DNA of 64,000 nt, taken from Mobula birostris. Taxonomy: Eukaryota. The position numbers and the translations under genes are program-made. How positions within the stretch are numbered: position 1 is the stretch's first letter; each line of letters opens with the position of its first letter. Under the pieces are notes generated by a model. It was not told the origin of the DNA, did no database searches, and saw only the letters and a program-made list of their open reading frames with translations. Below, in pieces: positions 24,801 through 37,519 of the stretch. The stretch is taken from the NCBI RefSeq assembly GCF_030028105.1, contig NC_092380.1, positions 12,675,123-12,739,122 of the forward strand, read 5' to 3'.

Positions 24801-27800
24801 CTGAGATTAGACACAATCTTTTCTTTCTTCAGGTCATACTCTGCACTATAACAACAGAAGATATTATACAAGAGACGTATGACATCCAGCTTTTGATCAT
24901 TAAATATTTGTTCAATATTAGGAAGGATATAATCCATGAAGAATTGCAAATCATCAATTATCCGTATCCCCAAATCTTCTGATACCTCAATGTTTATCCT
25001 CGTTTTTTTCAAAAATATACATGAGCTGTCTAATTTATATAAGTGTGGAAATGTATTAATGAATTGTGTATTTAGAATGTAAATCACATTGCACATTTCA
25101 ATACTCTCAAAACTCCCTTCCATTGTTTCAAAAAGTGGAAGAGTTTTTAGCTGGTCCTGATAGTTATGTCTATCACTTGTCTGCATTCCAGAATGAAGGA
25201 ACCTCAAAATAGTTTCAATTTCCCACTCACTTAAGTTATTCCACTTTAATTTTGTCAAACGCAGATGTTGTAAAATGGAGGCTTTGTCATCAGTCCTTAA
25301 TGAGTGAGGTCTAATGCAATTAAATAGTACTTTCATAGAAAAGTAATCAGCAGCAATTTTAGCAAACCCAAGTTTTAACAGAATTTGTGCTATGCTTGTT
25401 TGTGTCATTTCACAAATAACACTATTTAATGATCCCACAGGTGCAAGTAGGCACTGGTCATGATAAATTGGACATACTACAGGTAATATTGCAAGGTCTG
25501 AGAATATTAATTTGAGATTATTAAATGTGTTCTCAGTATCATCATCATATTTTACCTGGCTCTCAAAATATTTCCACAATTTCTTCAGCCACTCTGAATA
25601 CTGTTCATTTTCAGTAAACTTTAGCCATGAATGTGGGTCTGTAGAATTAATCTGAAATCTATATCCAAGTTTGTTTCGGATAAATTGCTCTGCTCTTGAA
25701 ATAGTAAAATCTTCTAAATAAAGAGCTGTAATAAGAAGATCCTTGTATCTTTTGTTGACATCATAGTTTGCAAAGTGTGGCTGAAATTCTGGAAATAAAT
25801 CATGGAATTTAGTAATATATTTGGGAGAGGTTCGTTTAAATTTTCCCAGCATATTATCTTGTGTGATCAATAAAGGTAAGTGATTTATAACATTATAATT
25901 TCCTTCCTTGACATCAGAGAGACAGTAGTCTAAAAGAGTCATGCATCTAGCACCATCTTTAATCAAGGATTCACTGAGTGGGAATGGGTAGTTACTGTTT
26001 GTTACCTCTGTATTGTTCAGTGGATGGATTTGAAGAAACTTCCTGACTGCTCCTGGGTTTAAAAGAGAAACCTCCAAACAAGCTCTTTCTAAACTCTTCA
26101 AAACTTTGTGCATAAAGTTAGATTGTAAGACTAAATTCATACCAATATCCTCCAGAATTTCTATCAGTTTCACTGTGATGTGAGTAGTTACAAAATGAGG
26201 AACTTCATCTCTCTTTTCCTTGCTCAAGCTGGACCAAAAAATATTAATAATGTTCTTCTCATTATGAAACTTATTACTTTCATGTTTGGCTATTGGGATC
26301 AGACAAAGGCTTTTTTGATATATGCATTTGTAAACTTGATTTATCATTAACTGCCATTCTTGAGGAACTTCTTCAGAGACATGGGGGAAGAAGTATAGAT
26401 AACTGGGTTCAATGACGTTGAGGCATAATTCCAAACTGTCAGATTTTAGTGGACCTACTCTATTACCAAGTAAATGTACCCGAATGTAATCAAGTAAATC
26501 TGCGTACAAAGGTGCAATCAAGTGTAATTTTAAAAAGTTGTTCCATTTCATCTTTCCACTTTGGCCATCTTGTTTCCAAAGATCTCGCCTGGCAAAGTCA
26601 ACAGCAAAGTTTCCATTGATGTGTACGGGCAGACCAGTTTCTATGGGCAAAGGCAAGAAACAAAAGGCTTTACCTTGAAAGTTACTGCAGTTAATACAGG
26701 CAGCAACAGAGCTCCGGGGCAAAAATGGATGGCCCAGTTTTGAACAAAAGCTCTGCACTGACTCAGTTAATCCTGCTTCATGAACACCCACTTGATTTGC
26801 CAAAATCCATTTGGTTGGATTTTTGACTGAAGATTGAATCTCCATTTCATATATCACTTGGTGAAATTCCATTTTGGATACTACAGCCTTGTAATTTGAA
26901 CACTTCTGGATATAATGCTTCAGGTGTTCCCGTTTGGCAATGCTTTCGAGTGACATTTCTACTTCTGCAGTAAAGATTTCATGCAGGTCACTTGTTTTCT
27001 TTTCCACTTTATGAAAACTGATTTTCTTAATATTATTTAAAAACAAAAGGAGACTATCAGAATCTTCTTTCAATACTTCCAGCAATTCCAGAATTACATC
27101 CTTTGTGACTGCTTGCTTTGAGATATCAGATTTTTCCGCCATTTCTGCTGTTCTCACTGGCAACCGAAACATGGTACCCAATTCGAGATTGAAGAAGGTA
27201 GGGAGAAAAGTAGTATAAACATCCTCAAATGTATTTTTAAATTTCTGATTGACTGTAAACATACCTCCTGGGGAATGTGGCTTTGCTGTGGCCAGCACGG
27301 CTAAATGTGGATCAAAGATGCACAGCACGCTGTCACCTGATATAAAAGAAGGACAGTCCGTCAAGTGATACACTGAATTAAAACCAAGCCCATATTTTCC
27401 AGTTTTCTCTGGACTGTTACGCTTTCCTCCTTCTCCAAGCTGTTGTATACCTTCAATGTCTTTGTCAGTGAACTTCTTGTTATTGTAAACACACAACGCA
27501 GGTCCCTGAAGTGCATTCCATTCCTCACCAAAGGTCTTTGTGTTGCCATGCTTTCTGGGATCCCAAATAAAATGGATTTCTGAGGCCTCAGCATCATCTG
27601 CATTCTGAATCAACTCCTTCAGTATATCTTTCTTGGATGGATAAGCCTTTATGATATTTTTTAAACGGACTGTTAATTTTTCCTGCTGGCCAAATTCTTG
27701 TGCCCATAACGACAAATCTTTGACTTCAAGGTTTTTCATTGCACGGTGTTTTGTTGTCTGAACGTGGAAACGGATAGCTGTTTCTCTAGCGATCTGATTG

Positions 27801-30800
27801 TGGCAGAGATTGACGTCATCTCCGATGACAAGCCATGGTGTATCATTGTACTGTAATGTTTGAGCAGAATGAAGGACACAATGTTGATTAGGCAGGAGAA
27901 CATTCTGCAAGATATCTTCCTGTTCTGAGGCCTCTGCAAATCCTGTAGTTACAATTCTAAGACACACAGCAAGATCACTATCAGAGAGCCTTGTCCCACT
28001 GTATTTTTCTGACATTCTTGTCAGAACAGAGACATAGTCTTGCAGTTTAAAATGTTCCTTGATCTCTAGGCACTTCCATAATTCCTCGCACTCTATGTAT
28101 TCTTTAGGAAGTTCATATAAGTATGGAGCAGCATCAAATGAAACCTTACAAGCAACCAACTCAACAGGGACAAACTGTCCATGTACTAAAATGAAAGGAA
28201 GTTCTTGAGCAGCACTGAAGATTGTGTTTTTTAATTCTGAATCTCCCTTTAACTGTTTATTCAAGTAGAAGTAGCATTCCTTAGTTAATCGTTTCAGTTC
28301 ATTAATTGTTAGACTATTACGCACATATGCCTGCTTTAGTTGTTCTAACACAATCTCAACAGGTGGTTGTTTGTTCAAACCTAGATAAGAAATTGCTTCT
28401 GCAGACAGTTTGATCCCTTTCAACAGCTCTTTGTCTAAAACCATTTCCATCATACTTACTAGTGCATAGTACTTGCAACTGTACACATCCTTTGCTTTCT
28501 GTAAAACTACAGCATCTAAAGTATTATCTTTTTCCCAACTATGTGGGAGAAAAGCTGGGAGGAATGAAATACTCTGTAAACTTTGTTGGTCTTCATTGCT
28601 GAGTTTATTCAAATCTTTGAGCAAATCCAAAATATGGCGAACTCGTTGATATGCTTTGTTCCTCTCAAGGGGCCATATTTTCTCAATTGTCTCTGCTCTT
28701 TCAATTAAATCAAGGAAAGCAATTCTGTCTTTTACCATCCCAAGCATTTCCAATCTTAACAATCTCTCAGGATGGAGAAAATCCTTAGTATGTCCTAGGG
28801 GAAACCGTCCTTCTTCTTCATCATAAAGACAAGCAACTTTGCCCTCTGGATGCACAAGATTTTTAATGTATTGGAGGCCTCTTTTCCCGCTAGATGGAAT
28901 ACAAGGTCTTGTCACTAGCATCTCATCAATATATGTATCCCTCATATCAATTGCATAAATAATAAAGATATTTCTGGTAATGGGACTTAGTGTAGTTAAG
29001 TTCTGAAATACAATTTCCTTGTAAAATGATTCCCAAGTATATGTGTTTTGTTCAATCAAATGTCCAAATCCACTGGCAACGAAACCGTGCCTAACCCAAT
29101 CTGGTAACATAACTGAAATTAAGGGCTTTGATAGGTATTTGGAAAATTCAGTAATTGCAATCTCTCCGACCCTTTTGTTTTCAACAATGGAAGAATCCAA
29201 AAAACGAGCATGGTTTATTGTGCACCAGCCTTGTCCATTGCTGAATGCTTTGACTCTAACACCATTGATTCCGTGTGCAATTGCTCGGTAGAAATTTTCC
29301 ACAATAACTCTAAATTGGTTATCCACATTTTTCACATTAGGCCAAAATGTGTAGTAATCATAATCTTCAAATTCTCCTTTCTGAGACATTTGCTGCATGA
29401 GTGAAATAGATGTGATGTAAGCTGCAGAAACTGCATCTTCCAAAAGAACTTGATTCCATTCTCCTTTTAGTCCAGAGCTCCAAAGATTCTTCCTATTCGA
29501 TGTGACAGCAAACGTTCCATTAATATAAACAGGAAGACCACACTGAAGGGAAAGAGGCAGAAAACAGAACACTTGCCCCAACTGAGCTTCTGTGTTCGGA
29601 GTCCAGTGTCCTGTTTCTTTCTTCTTTTTGAGTGGAATGGCCACGCTTCCAAGAGGAGGGGCAAAATAAGTATTTGTTGCTTTACTGCATGAAAACTGCA
29701 AGGCTTTTGCCATTCCAAAACATGTATGAACTAACCAATATTTTCTATGACTGGGATTATCTATTGTTTCTTCTGTAACCTGTATAATAGTTGAAATTCT
29801 TAGACTTCTGATTTTTCTGGAAAATTTATTTGTGCTTTCCAATATGCTTATAGCGTTTTCTTGCATTTTCTTCAGTGGGAAATTATCTGCCATCTCAATT
29901 ATGTTAAGTATTTGCCGTTCCATTTTGAATACAGAAATTAACTGGTTTTCATGAACTGAATGCTCACTAATGAACTTTAGTGAAACTTTTCTTACATTCT
30001 TTAAGAATATGATGAGATCTTTTGATGTCTGCTTGAAACTATCCACCAAGGCCATGATGTGTTTCTGATTATAATACTTGCTGGAGATCCCTGACACTGC
30101 AGCCTCCTCTGGAGTCCTAAAGGGCAACTTAATGAGGGTTCCTTCATAGTAAAAATTTTCCCCAGTGGAAATCTTAAAATTACATCCAAATATTCCATTG
30201 TAGGGGTTAAACTGTCCAGGAAATTTTTGAATTAATCGTCTATGTTCATACAGATTAAGTTTTATTCCAGGGTTAGTTACAGAATGAATATATTTCTTAA
30301 GATGAGTAACATTTGGGTCAAAAATAAGCAAATATTTTCCACTGAGGATGGATGGGACATCAGTTATGTGATAAACAGAATTAAATCCAAGTCCAAATTT
30401 TCCAATCTTATCAACCTGTTTTTCTTTGGAAGCTGTCCCAATTCTAGTTATATTGTGGAAATCTTCATCAGTGAAACACTCATTATTGTATGACCAGAGT
30501 GCTGGTCCATGACATGAAGCCATACCAGGATCAATTAGACTTTCAGGTGAATCTTTGTGTTGTCTCATGTCTACTAGGAAACTACAGACTGTAGAACCAG
30601 CATCTTCAGCATTTTGAAGCATCTCTTTGAGCAGGTCATGTTCTTGATCATATTCTTTCAAAATGTTCTTAATTCTCAGTACAATGGGTTCTACTTGTCC
30701 ATATTGCTCAATTCCAATTAATTCAGGTTGCAGCATTTTGCTGCTTAAAGGGGGCACATCAAGCCATTCAATAATGGCGATGCTTATATCTTTATGAAGA

Positions 30801-32841
30801 ATATGAATATTTTCATCACATTTATTAAAAGCCTCCATTGTTCCCTTATCTAAATCACACAGAACAGCTTTGGAACATGGTTTCAAGCAGAATCCATCTT
30901 GGGTGCCTTTCCGCACAGGGACAGGAAGGTCACTCTTGGGTGAAAAGTTATTTCTGCGCATCCAATCCAGTATGGAAATAACGGTTTTCAATTCACTTGG
31001 GCTACCACAGCCAGTGTTCATCTTAACTGCATTATCTCTTATCTTATACAGTATCTGAATAACTTCATTGCTGCTGTAACCATTTTTCACCCCGCATTCA
31101 AGTAGTAACTCTCTATACTGAGCGATTTCCTGTGGGATTTTTTTTACATAACAACTGAGATCCAAATCTTCAGGATAGGAGAAAACAATATTGTGAGGAT
31201 GTGTAAACCCAGCCCCATTCCATACCCATGGCAGCTCTATAGTCAGGAGAAGTGGTTTAAATTGACTAAGGTTTTTTTGCATGTGTTCATAGATGTTTTG
31301 CAAATCTGCCAGAAAATTACGAAGAGTGTTACTAGAGTTGGATATCTGGTTAACCATTAGTAGGAAGTTTTCAACCACCTTCTCAGCTGGTGGTAAGTTC
31401 AGTAGCCCCAGGATTTTGCCTGCCTTCTCAATGAACTTGTCAGTAAGTGGCATCACTAGCCCCACGATGTTAGCGTATTTCAAATCCCTTACATTTTCAA
31501 GCTTATAAAAATTAATCTTTACTTTCTTATGTTCTGTCAGTGTTTTTGGACAAGTGTTACAGGGCACCCACTGCAAACAGCATAATTGTTCAATGGTTTG
31601 ATACGAACAAATAGCCAAAACTGAAGTTGTATTACACAATTGAATTAAAACGTCTGCTTTTTTACAAAGACTGTCAATGTCACTAGTATGGCTGTGTTGC
31701 TTATCTATCAATTGTGCAACTTTTATAATGTCTTCTGGTGAAATATTCTCTTCTTCTGATTTCAGCCCCAGTTTTTGTAATGCCTGCAAAATTTTCTCAT
31801 CCTTACAATAAAGTGGGGGCGGAAAAAAGTGCTGATACTCTGTCTGAAAGAGATGCTGAAACGCCACATTATTTGGATCAAATAAAGAAGCAGCTGGTAC
31901 AACCTTGTCCTTTGATGTTAAAAATTTAAGTGTTTTACATTTGCTGAATAATTCTGGTTTCTGTTTAAAAAGTATCTCACTATGTTTTAGAATCCAGAGC
32001 ATTACCTTTTCAATTTGCTCAGGATCGTACTTTTGGGTTTCTACCCCCTTCAACATGAGCAAAGCAACATCTGCTGCTGTCAGTAATTTTCCTTTCATCA
32101 GCAGCAGTTTCCTGTCATTTTCATCTACACATTTAAGTACAGTTTCTGGTAGAGGCACATCATCTGGGATCTCAGGGTAGACATCATTACTCAGGGCTCC
32201 ATGTGGTCCAGCTGTGATAAACCCTTTGTCTGACGGCCTAAGGGAAGTCATCTGTTGAAAGATTGGTAACTTGAATAACATATTTATCTCATCAGTCTCA
32301 AAAATGGATGCTTCTGCAAGAAAACTTCTCAAAGATCTTCTGTCTTCGGTTGACATACAGTCAATCTCTTTTACTACCTGATCACAACCCAGATTTAAAA
32401 AAACCTTTAAGACATTATTTGGGCTGGGTAAAAACACATACTCAGATAACTGCTGATGCTTTAGAAATTCATCAGTGCTCTGAACTATGCTGCCCCCAGC
32501 TCTTGAAATTATACTTGCAATTGTACCTGGTAAATTGTAACCAGTTTGCATTTGAAATATTGTGGTGATGTTTTTTGACAAATGTGCTAGCTGGATACTG
32601 TTTGCACAATCTTTTAGTGAGTTGAGTGGTATGAGTGGTAATCCTTCAAACTTATCCAATGTTTTACAATTGTTATTCAAGAAATTCCAAAATTCTGCAA
32701 GCCAATGCACTGGTGGGTGCTGCCTATTTAAAATATCCCATGTTATGGGACCTAATGTTCCACTCCAGGCCTCTGGAAGAGCTTTCCAAATGTACTGCCT
32801 CACAGTATTCACATCCAAACAGATGACATTGGCAAATATTT
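21839..32841 (-). CDS. Sacsin-like protein, giant terminal coding exon (end of SRR1, SRR2, SRR3, J domain, HEPN)
   Basis: Uninterrupted 11-kb ORF. It has two Hsp90-like (GHKL/Bergerat) sacsin modules (YGQVEP..KEMLQNAEDAG..IGKFGLGFNSVYHITDVP; FGQQEK..KELIQNADDAEA..TGKYGLGFNSVYHLTDCP), a J domain (RRLYLKWHPDKN, HPD at 22529-22537) and a HEPN domain (RRWFRQAKCDL..HQAVEKALIAA). The strong acceptor ttctttattgtgttcttcttccag|AA at 32841 is in phase with the upstream exon, so the ORF-track GTG start at 32914 is intronic. Confidence 0.95.
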
Positions 32842-33495
32842 CTGGAAGAAGAACACAATAAAGAATTTCCAGTGCTTTGTTTCCAATATCATTCTGTACA
32901 TTAAAACTTATCACAGTTAATGAATCATCTGATTAAACATTGGAAATAACAGACAGAAAATGCCATCCGGTAACTTACGCCTGCTCTACCATTTATTAAG
33001 ATGATTTTCTACTGCAACACCATTTTCCAGCACAACTCCTATATTACTCGATTGACTAAACACAATCGAGCCTCCACAGGCCTCCATCGCAGAGAATTCT
33101 AAAGGCCCATCCTAAATATTGACCCTTTAATTTCAAAAAGTGTACACAGATTCATGCCTTTTCAGCTGGGGAAGCATCCTCCCTACATCTCTCTTGTCAA
33201 GCCCTTAAAAGAATGAAAGGAGAGCTTATCAAAACTTCAAATCCTTAAAGCAGTTCTGTTCCTTTTCTCCCCTGGTTTTATTGTCATGATGCAGAACTGC
33301 AGTTTTTGAGCACCGCTGTAGATCAAAGGTCCCAATTAGAAATATCCATTGTATTAAACATGGATATTTCAACTAGGTAAGGAAAGTACTTTAAAGAAGA
33401 CACGAGGAATTCTGCAGATGCTGGAAATTCAAGCAACACACATCAAAGTTGCTGGTGAATGCAGCAGGCCAGGCAGCATCTCTAGGAAGAGGTAC

Positions 33496-33531
33496 AGTCG
33501 ACGTTTCGGGCCGAGACCCTTCGTCAGGACT
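33496..33531 (-). ncRNA. Minimal type I hammerhead ribozyme motif (Penelope-associated)
   Basis: AGUC-CUGACGA-A-GGG(UCUCGG)CCC-GAAA-CG-UC-GACU: full catalytic core, stem I AGUC/GACU, stem II, vestigial palindromic stem III. Confidence 0.75.
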
Positions 33532-34164
33532 AACTGAAGGAAGAGCTAGTAAGAGATCAGCAAGTGGGAGGGGGAGGGGGAGATCCAAAATGATAGGAGA
33601 AGACAGGAAGGGAGGGATGGAAGAGCTGGACAGGTGATTGGCAAAAGGGATATGAGAAGATCATGGGACAGGAGGCCCAGGAAGAAAGACACAAGGGGGA
33701 GGGGGGAAGCCCAGAGGATGGGCAAGGGGTATAGTCAGAGGGACAGAGGGAGAAAAAGGAGAGAGAGAGAGAAAGAATGTGTGTATATAAATAACGGATG
33801 GGGTACGAGGGGGAGGTGGGGCATTAGCGGAAGTTAGAGAAGTCAACGTTCATGCCATCAGGTTGGAGGCTACCCAGACGGAATATAAGGTGTTGTTCCT
33901 CCAACCTGAGTGTGGCTTCTTCTTTACAGTAGAGGAGGCCGTGGATAGACATATCAGAATGGGAATGGGATATGGAATTAAAATGTGTGGCCACTGGGAG
34001 ATCCTGCTTTCTCTGCCTCCTGTCTCATGATCCTCTCATATCCCTTTTGCCAATCACATGTCCAGCTCTTGGCTCCATCCCTCCCCCTCCTGTCTTCTCC
34101 TATCATTTTGGATCTCCCCCTCCCCCTCCCACTTTCAAATCTCTTACTAGCTCTTCCTTCAGTT

Positions 34165-34200
34165 AGTCCTGACGAAGGGTCTCGGCCCGAAACGTCAACT
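34165..34200 (+). ncRNA. Minimal hammerhead ribozyme motif (inverted copy)
   Basis: AGTC CTGACGA AGGGTCTCGGCCC GAAACGTC AACT; core intact with one stem I mismatch. Confidence 0.65.
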
Positions 34201-34596
34201 GTACCTCTTCCTAGAGATGCTGCCTGGCCTGCTGCATTCATCAGCAACTTTAATGTGTGTTACTCTAAAGAAGAGTTGATTTCCAACTAACCTTTGACTC
34301 CAAGATTATACGGCTGCGATTCACAAATATAGTTACGTCAAACTGAAATAAGGTAAACTGCATCTTCAAAGACTCCAAAGGCAGAATTTACTTTTGGGTT
34401 TAAGTGTAAACTGCTGCTGCTTCTTATAAAAACAACTCAACATTGTATACTTGGCCCATAAACAGGCTGATGATTAACTGTTGCTAATAAGATGCTTTCA
34501 TTGAAGACCAATCTTATCTCAATAGTCCTTTTGTTTTCAGTACTAAATACAAAAAAATAAGGTATCATTATACTCAAGCAGAAGTAAATATCTTAC

Positions 34597-34685
34597 GACT
34601 ATAAGCAATCTTCTTTAGATGATCCAGCAAAGTATCACAAAGATCTTCAGGCAAAAATCTCTCCTCAAGTCCTGGAAGTAAAATC
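34597..34685 (-). CDS. Sacsin-like coding exon 6 (89 nt; ILLPGLEERFLPEDLCDTLLDHLKKIAYS)
   Basis: tttatag|G...AGTC|gtaag. Phase 2 in and phase 1 out, joining exon 40480-39010 and the giant exon exactly. The peptide resembles the equivalent sacsin segment. It is missed by the ORF track. Confidence 0.9.
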
Positions 34686-35798
34686 CTATAAACATAAAAA
34701 ACTAGTGATTATTCATACATTTTAGCAATATGCCTATTACAATGAGGAGAAAGAAACCACAGTGATGTTTAATGAACTAAGCTTTGTATTGGAATAAATG
34801 TGAACCAACAGCTGGAAATGTAAAATGCTTGAAATTCACAAGTAAAATAACCAGGATTATGGAGTAATATAATAGTGTCTTTATTTACACATACTGCAAG
34901 AATATTTTTCACTGTTCTTTCCTATTGACTTTATTCCCTTTCCATTTCACCCAACAGCTGCTACTTTAATCAGAAGGAAGATTTGAATTTTGAGAGCTTT
35001 TATGATTTCTTACAATGTCCCAAAAAGATTCAAAAGCATTTTAAATAATATCAACCTCTTGTTTCAGCAATGTGAATCTTATGCATTTTTTGCTTAATAT
35101 CCATTATATCTTATTATGTTCAGTCCTACAATGCTCTCTCTCTGACAGACATTGTTGCAGAATTTCCAACATTATATATGGCATAGTAGTACATTTTGCA
35201 TCATGTTTATTTACTGAGCTATCTTGGTAGCACCAAATATTTTTTAACCAGGATGTTATTTCATTTCTTATCACTGCCATCAATCTCCCTTCTAAAAATT
35301 CCACTCTTGATGAATTTCTCCCCTTTTTTTGCTGTGTGACCTGTCCAGAGTTCCAATCATTTTTTTCCTCTATTTCACATTTCCAACATTTAGTTTTTTC
35401 AAATTTTCAGTATTTTGTATTTTTATGATTCCCAGCAAGTTCTTGAAACTAAAAGTGACTTCATGCACATTTAACAGTATGTGTGTATATGTGGACTTTG
35501 AGAAGATTTGCAGGTAACCACTTCTGTGCATGTTCTGCAGTTTCAGTAACGGCATCTGATCACATACAGGTTCATTCAAAGGCCTTTCTGTTTATAAAAT
35601 CAAGAGTAGTATAGGTAAGGTGGATTGTCCCATTGTTATTTCCAGGGTAGAGATTATCTTAGAGGACACAGGTTTAATGTATGAACAGAAGTTTTTCCAC
35701 ACAGGTGGTGGGTATAATGAAAAAGCTGTCAAATAAAATGATAGATGTGAGTTCAATTACATCATATAGGCAGGTATATGAAAAGGAAAGGTTTGGAG

Positions 35799-35877
35799 CA
35801 GGGGTTCCCAATCTTTTTTATACCATGGACAACACCAATAAACAAGGGGTCTGTGGACCCCTGGTTGGGAATCCCTG
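35799..35877. mobile_element. hAT (Charlie-like) mini-MITE inside a CR1 3' remnant
   Basis: TIR caggggttcccaa/ttgggaatccctg; 8-bp TSD gtttggag/gtttagag. Confidence 0.7.
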
Positions 35878-37519
35878 GTTTAGAGGAATATGGGCCCAAG
35901 TGCAGGCAAATAGGACTAACTCAGCAAGACTTGGTCACCATGGCCTGTTACCATGCTGTATAATTTATAACTCTGTATACTGAATACAGTATATGTTTTG
36001 TGAAAATTATTTGTAAAATAAAGTCAAGTCTTAGTAAATTCTTCAATAGTGATAAATATTTTATTGGATACATTGAATCTAGTGTCTGTAGAAACATGAC
36101 TCAGTACAGGTTTCTGCTTTCATCATATACCCTGTGTTCTAGATTCCACTCGTTTGTGGGAAATTCCTTAGTATAACATTGGCTGCTGTATTCATTTAAT
36201 TGTGTTTTAAATCACTTTGGACATTCCAAGAGTATAAAAATGCTACAGAATTGCACATCTTCTTCTGACTAAAGACACAATATCCAATGGATCAGGGGAA
36301 AAAATAGTGAGAGCATAATTAAAAATATTCTTCTTGCAGTATGTGTAGATGAATCCATTGCTAAATTGGTCTATAATCCTGACTATTTTTTCAATCAATC
36401 CACAGCATTTTGCTTTTTAACACACGAGTTAGGAGCAGGAGTAGGCCACCCAATCCCTTGAATCTATTCAATAAGATTGTAGTGATCTAACTGAAATCTC
36501 AATTCCACTTTCCTGCTCACATCCTGGTAAACTTTCATCCCTATTTATCTACTGATGCTTTAATAGTATTCAGAAGTTCTACTTCCATTCCTTCTACTTC
36601 CCATTAAGGAAGAGACTCACATTTTTTCTGCTTTTGATTTTGCTTTCCCTGACTGGTACTGCCTTTGAGGGAAAAACTTCCCAAGTTTTAAATAAAGGTC
36701 CTATTATAAAAAGTTTTGTTTTGAGGCTTGTGAATAATTTTAAACCCTGATATTGGAAAAACATCATTTCCAACAAATAAATGTTTCCTTCTCTAAAAGT
36801 AGTATAACTACATTCTTCTCCTACTTCACATGGAGTTTTGATTCACAAATAATATGCATGGTGACAAACATCAGAGATAAGCAGAAATCTGCCTTCTTTT
36901 GATATTAACATGCATTTCCTTTCCAGTGTAAGACACAAAAAACTATCTGATTGCTATTTCTTCTTTACCATATTCAAAAATTGTCAACAGGATATTGAGT
37001 TCAATTGTATTTCAAAAAACGGGAATCTCACAACCGATCCTGAGTGCAGCTATTATCATTTTCGTTCCTGAGCTGTTTGTGCTACTCTGATGCTTTCTCT
37101 GTAGAGTTTGCATGTCCTTCCTATTACCGTCTCTGGTTTCCTCCCAACTCTCAAAAACGTGTGTTAGCAGATTGATTTGTAACAAAGAATTACTCCTAGT
37201 GTGTAGGTGCGGGGGAGAATCTAGGGGCAAAGTAGGTTAGTCATAGTCATAAATGTAGCCATATGCACACATGCACACAGGTGCAATGAAAAATTTATTT
37301 CTAGCAGCATCGTGGGCACATAGCAAATTGTAAGCAGCATTCACAGGTAAAAAGATAAATTAAACATAAATTATCCAGGACTTTTACAAGAAAGAACATA
37401 ATTACAACAAAAAACAAAGTCCATTTTAGTGCAAAGTGATCAAAGTGGTCCTAGTGTTGCTCTACTAAGGTAGTAATTAGGGTTTTACTGAAAAGTTCAA
37501 GGAATTAGCTCTCATTGAA

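Larger units (their letters stand above)
33401..34260 (-). mobile_element. Penelope-like element with inverted terminal repeats
   Basis: Inverted arms of about 245 bp (33436-33678 and 34015-34260); GIY-YIG C-terminal remnant; 14-bp TSD tactttaaagaaga/tactctaaagaaga. Confidence 0.85.

Noticed and set aside
22079-32861. Many short ORFs antisense to or overlapping the giant exon
   Set aside because: They are expected shadow ORFs of a long coding exon and show no recognisable motifs.
32842-32914. GTG start of the 3691-aa ORF as a single-exon gene
   Set aside because: The sequence is eukaryotic; this stretch holds the polypyrimidine tract and acceptor, and upstream exons supply SRR1.
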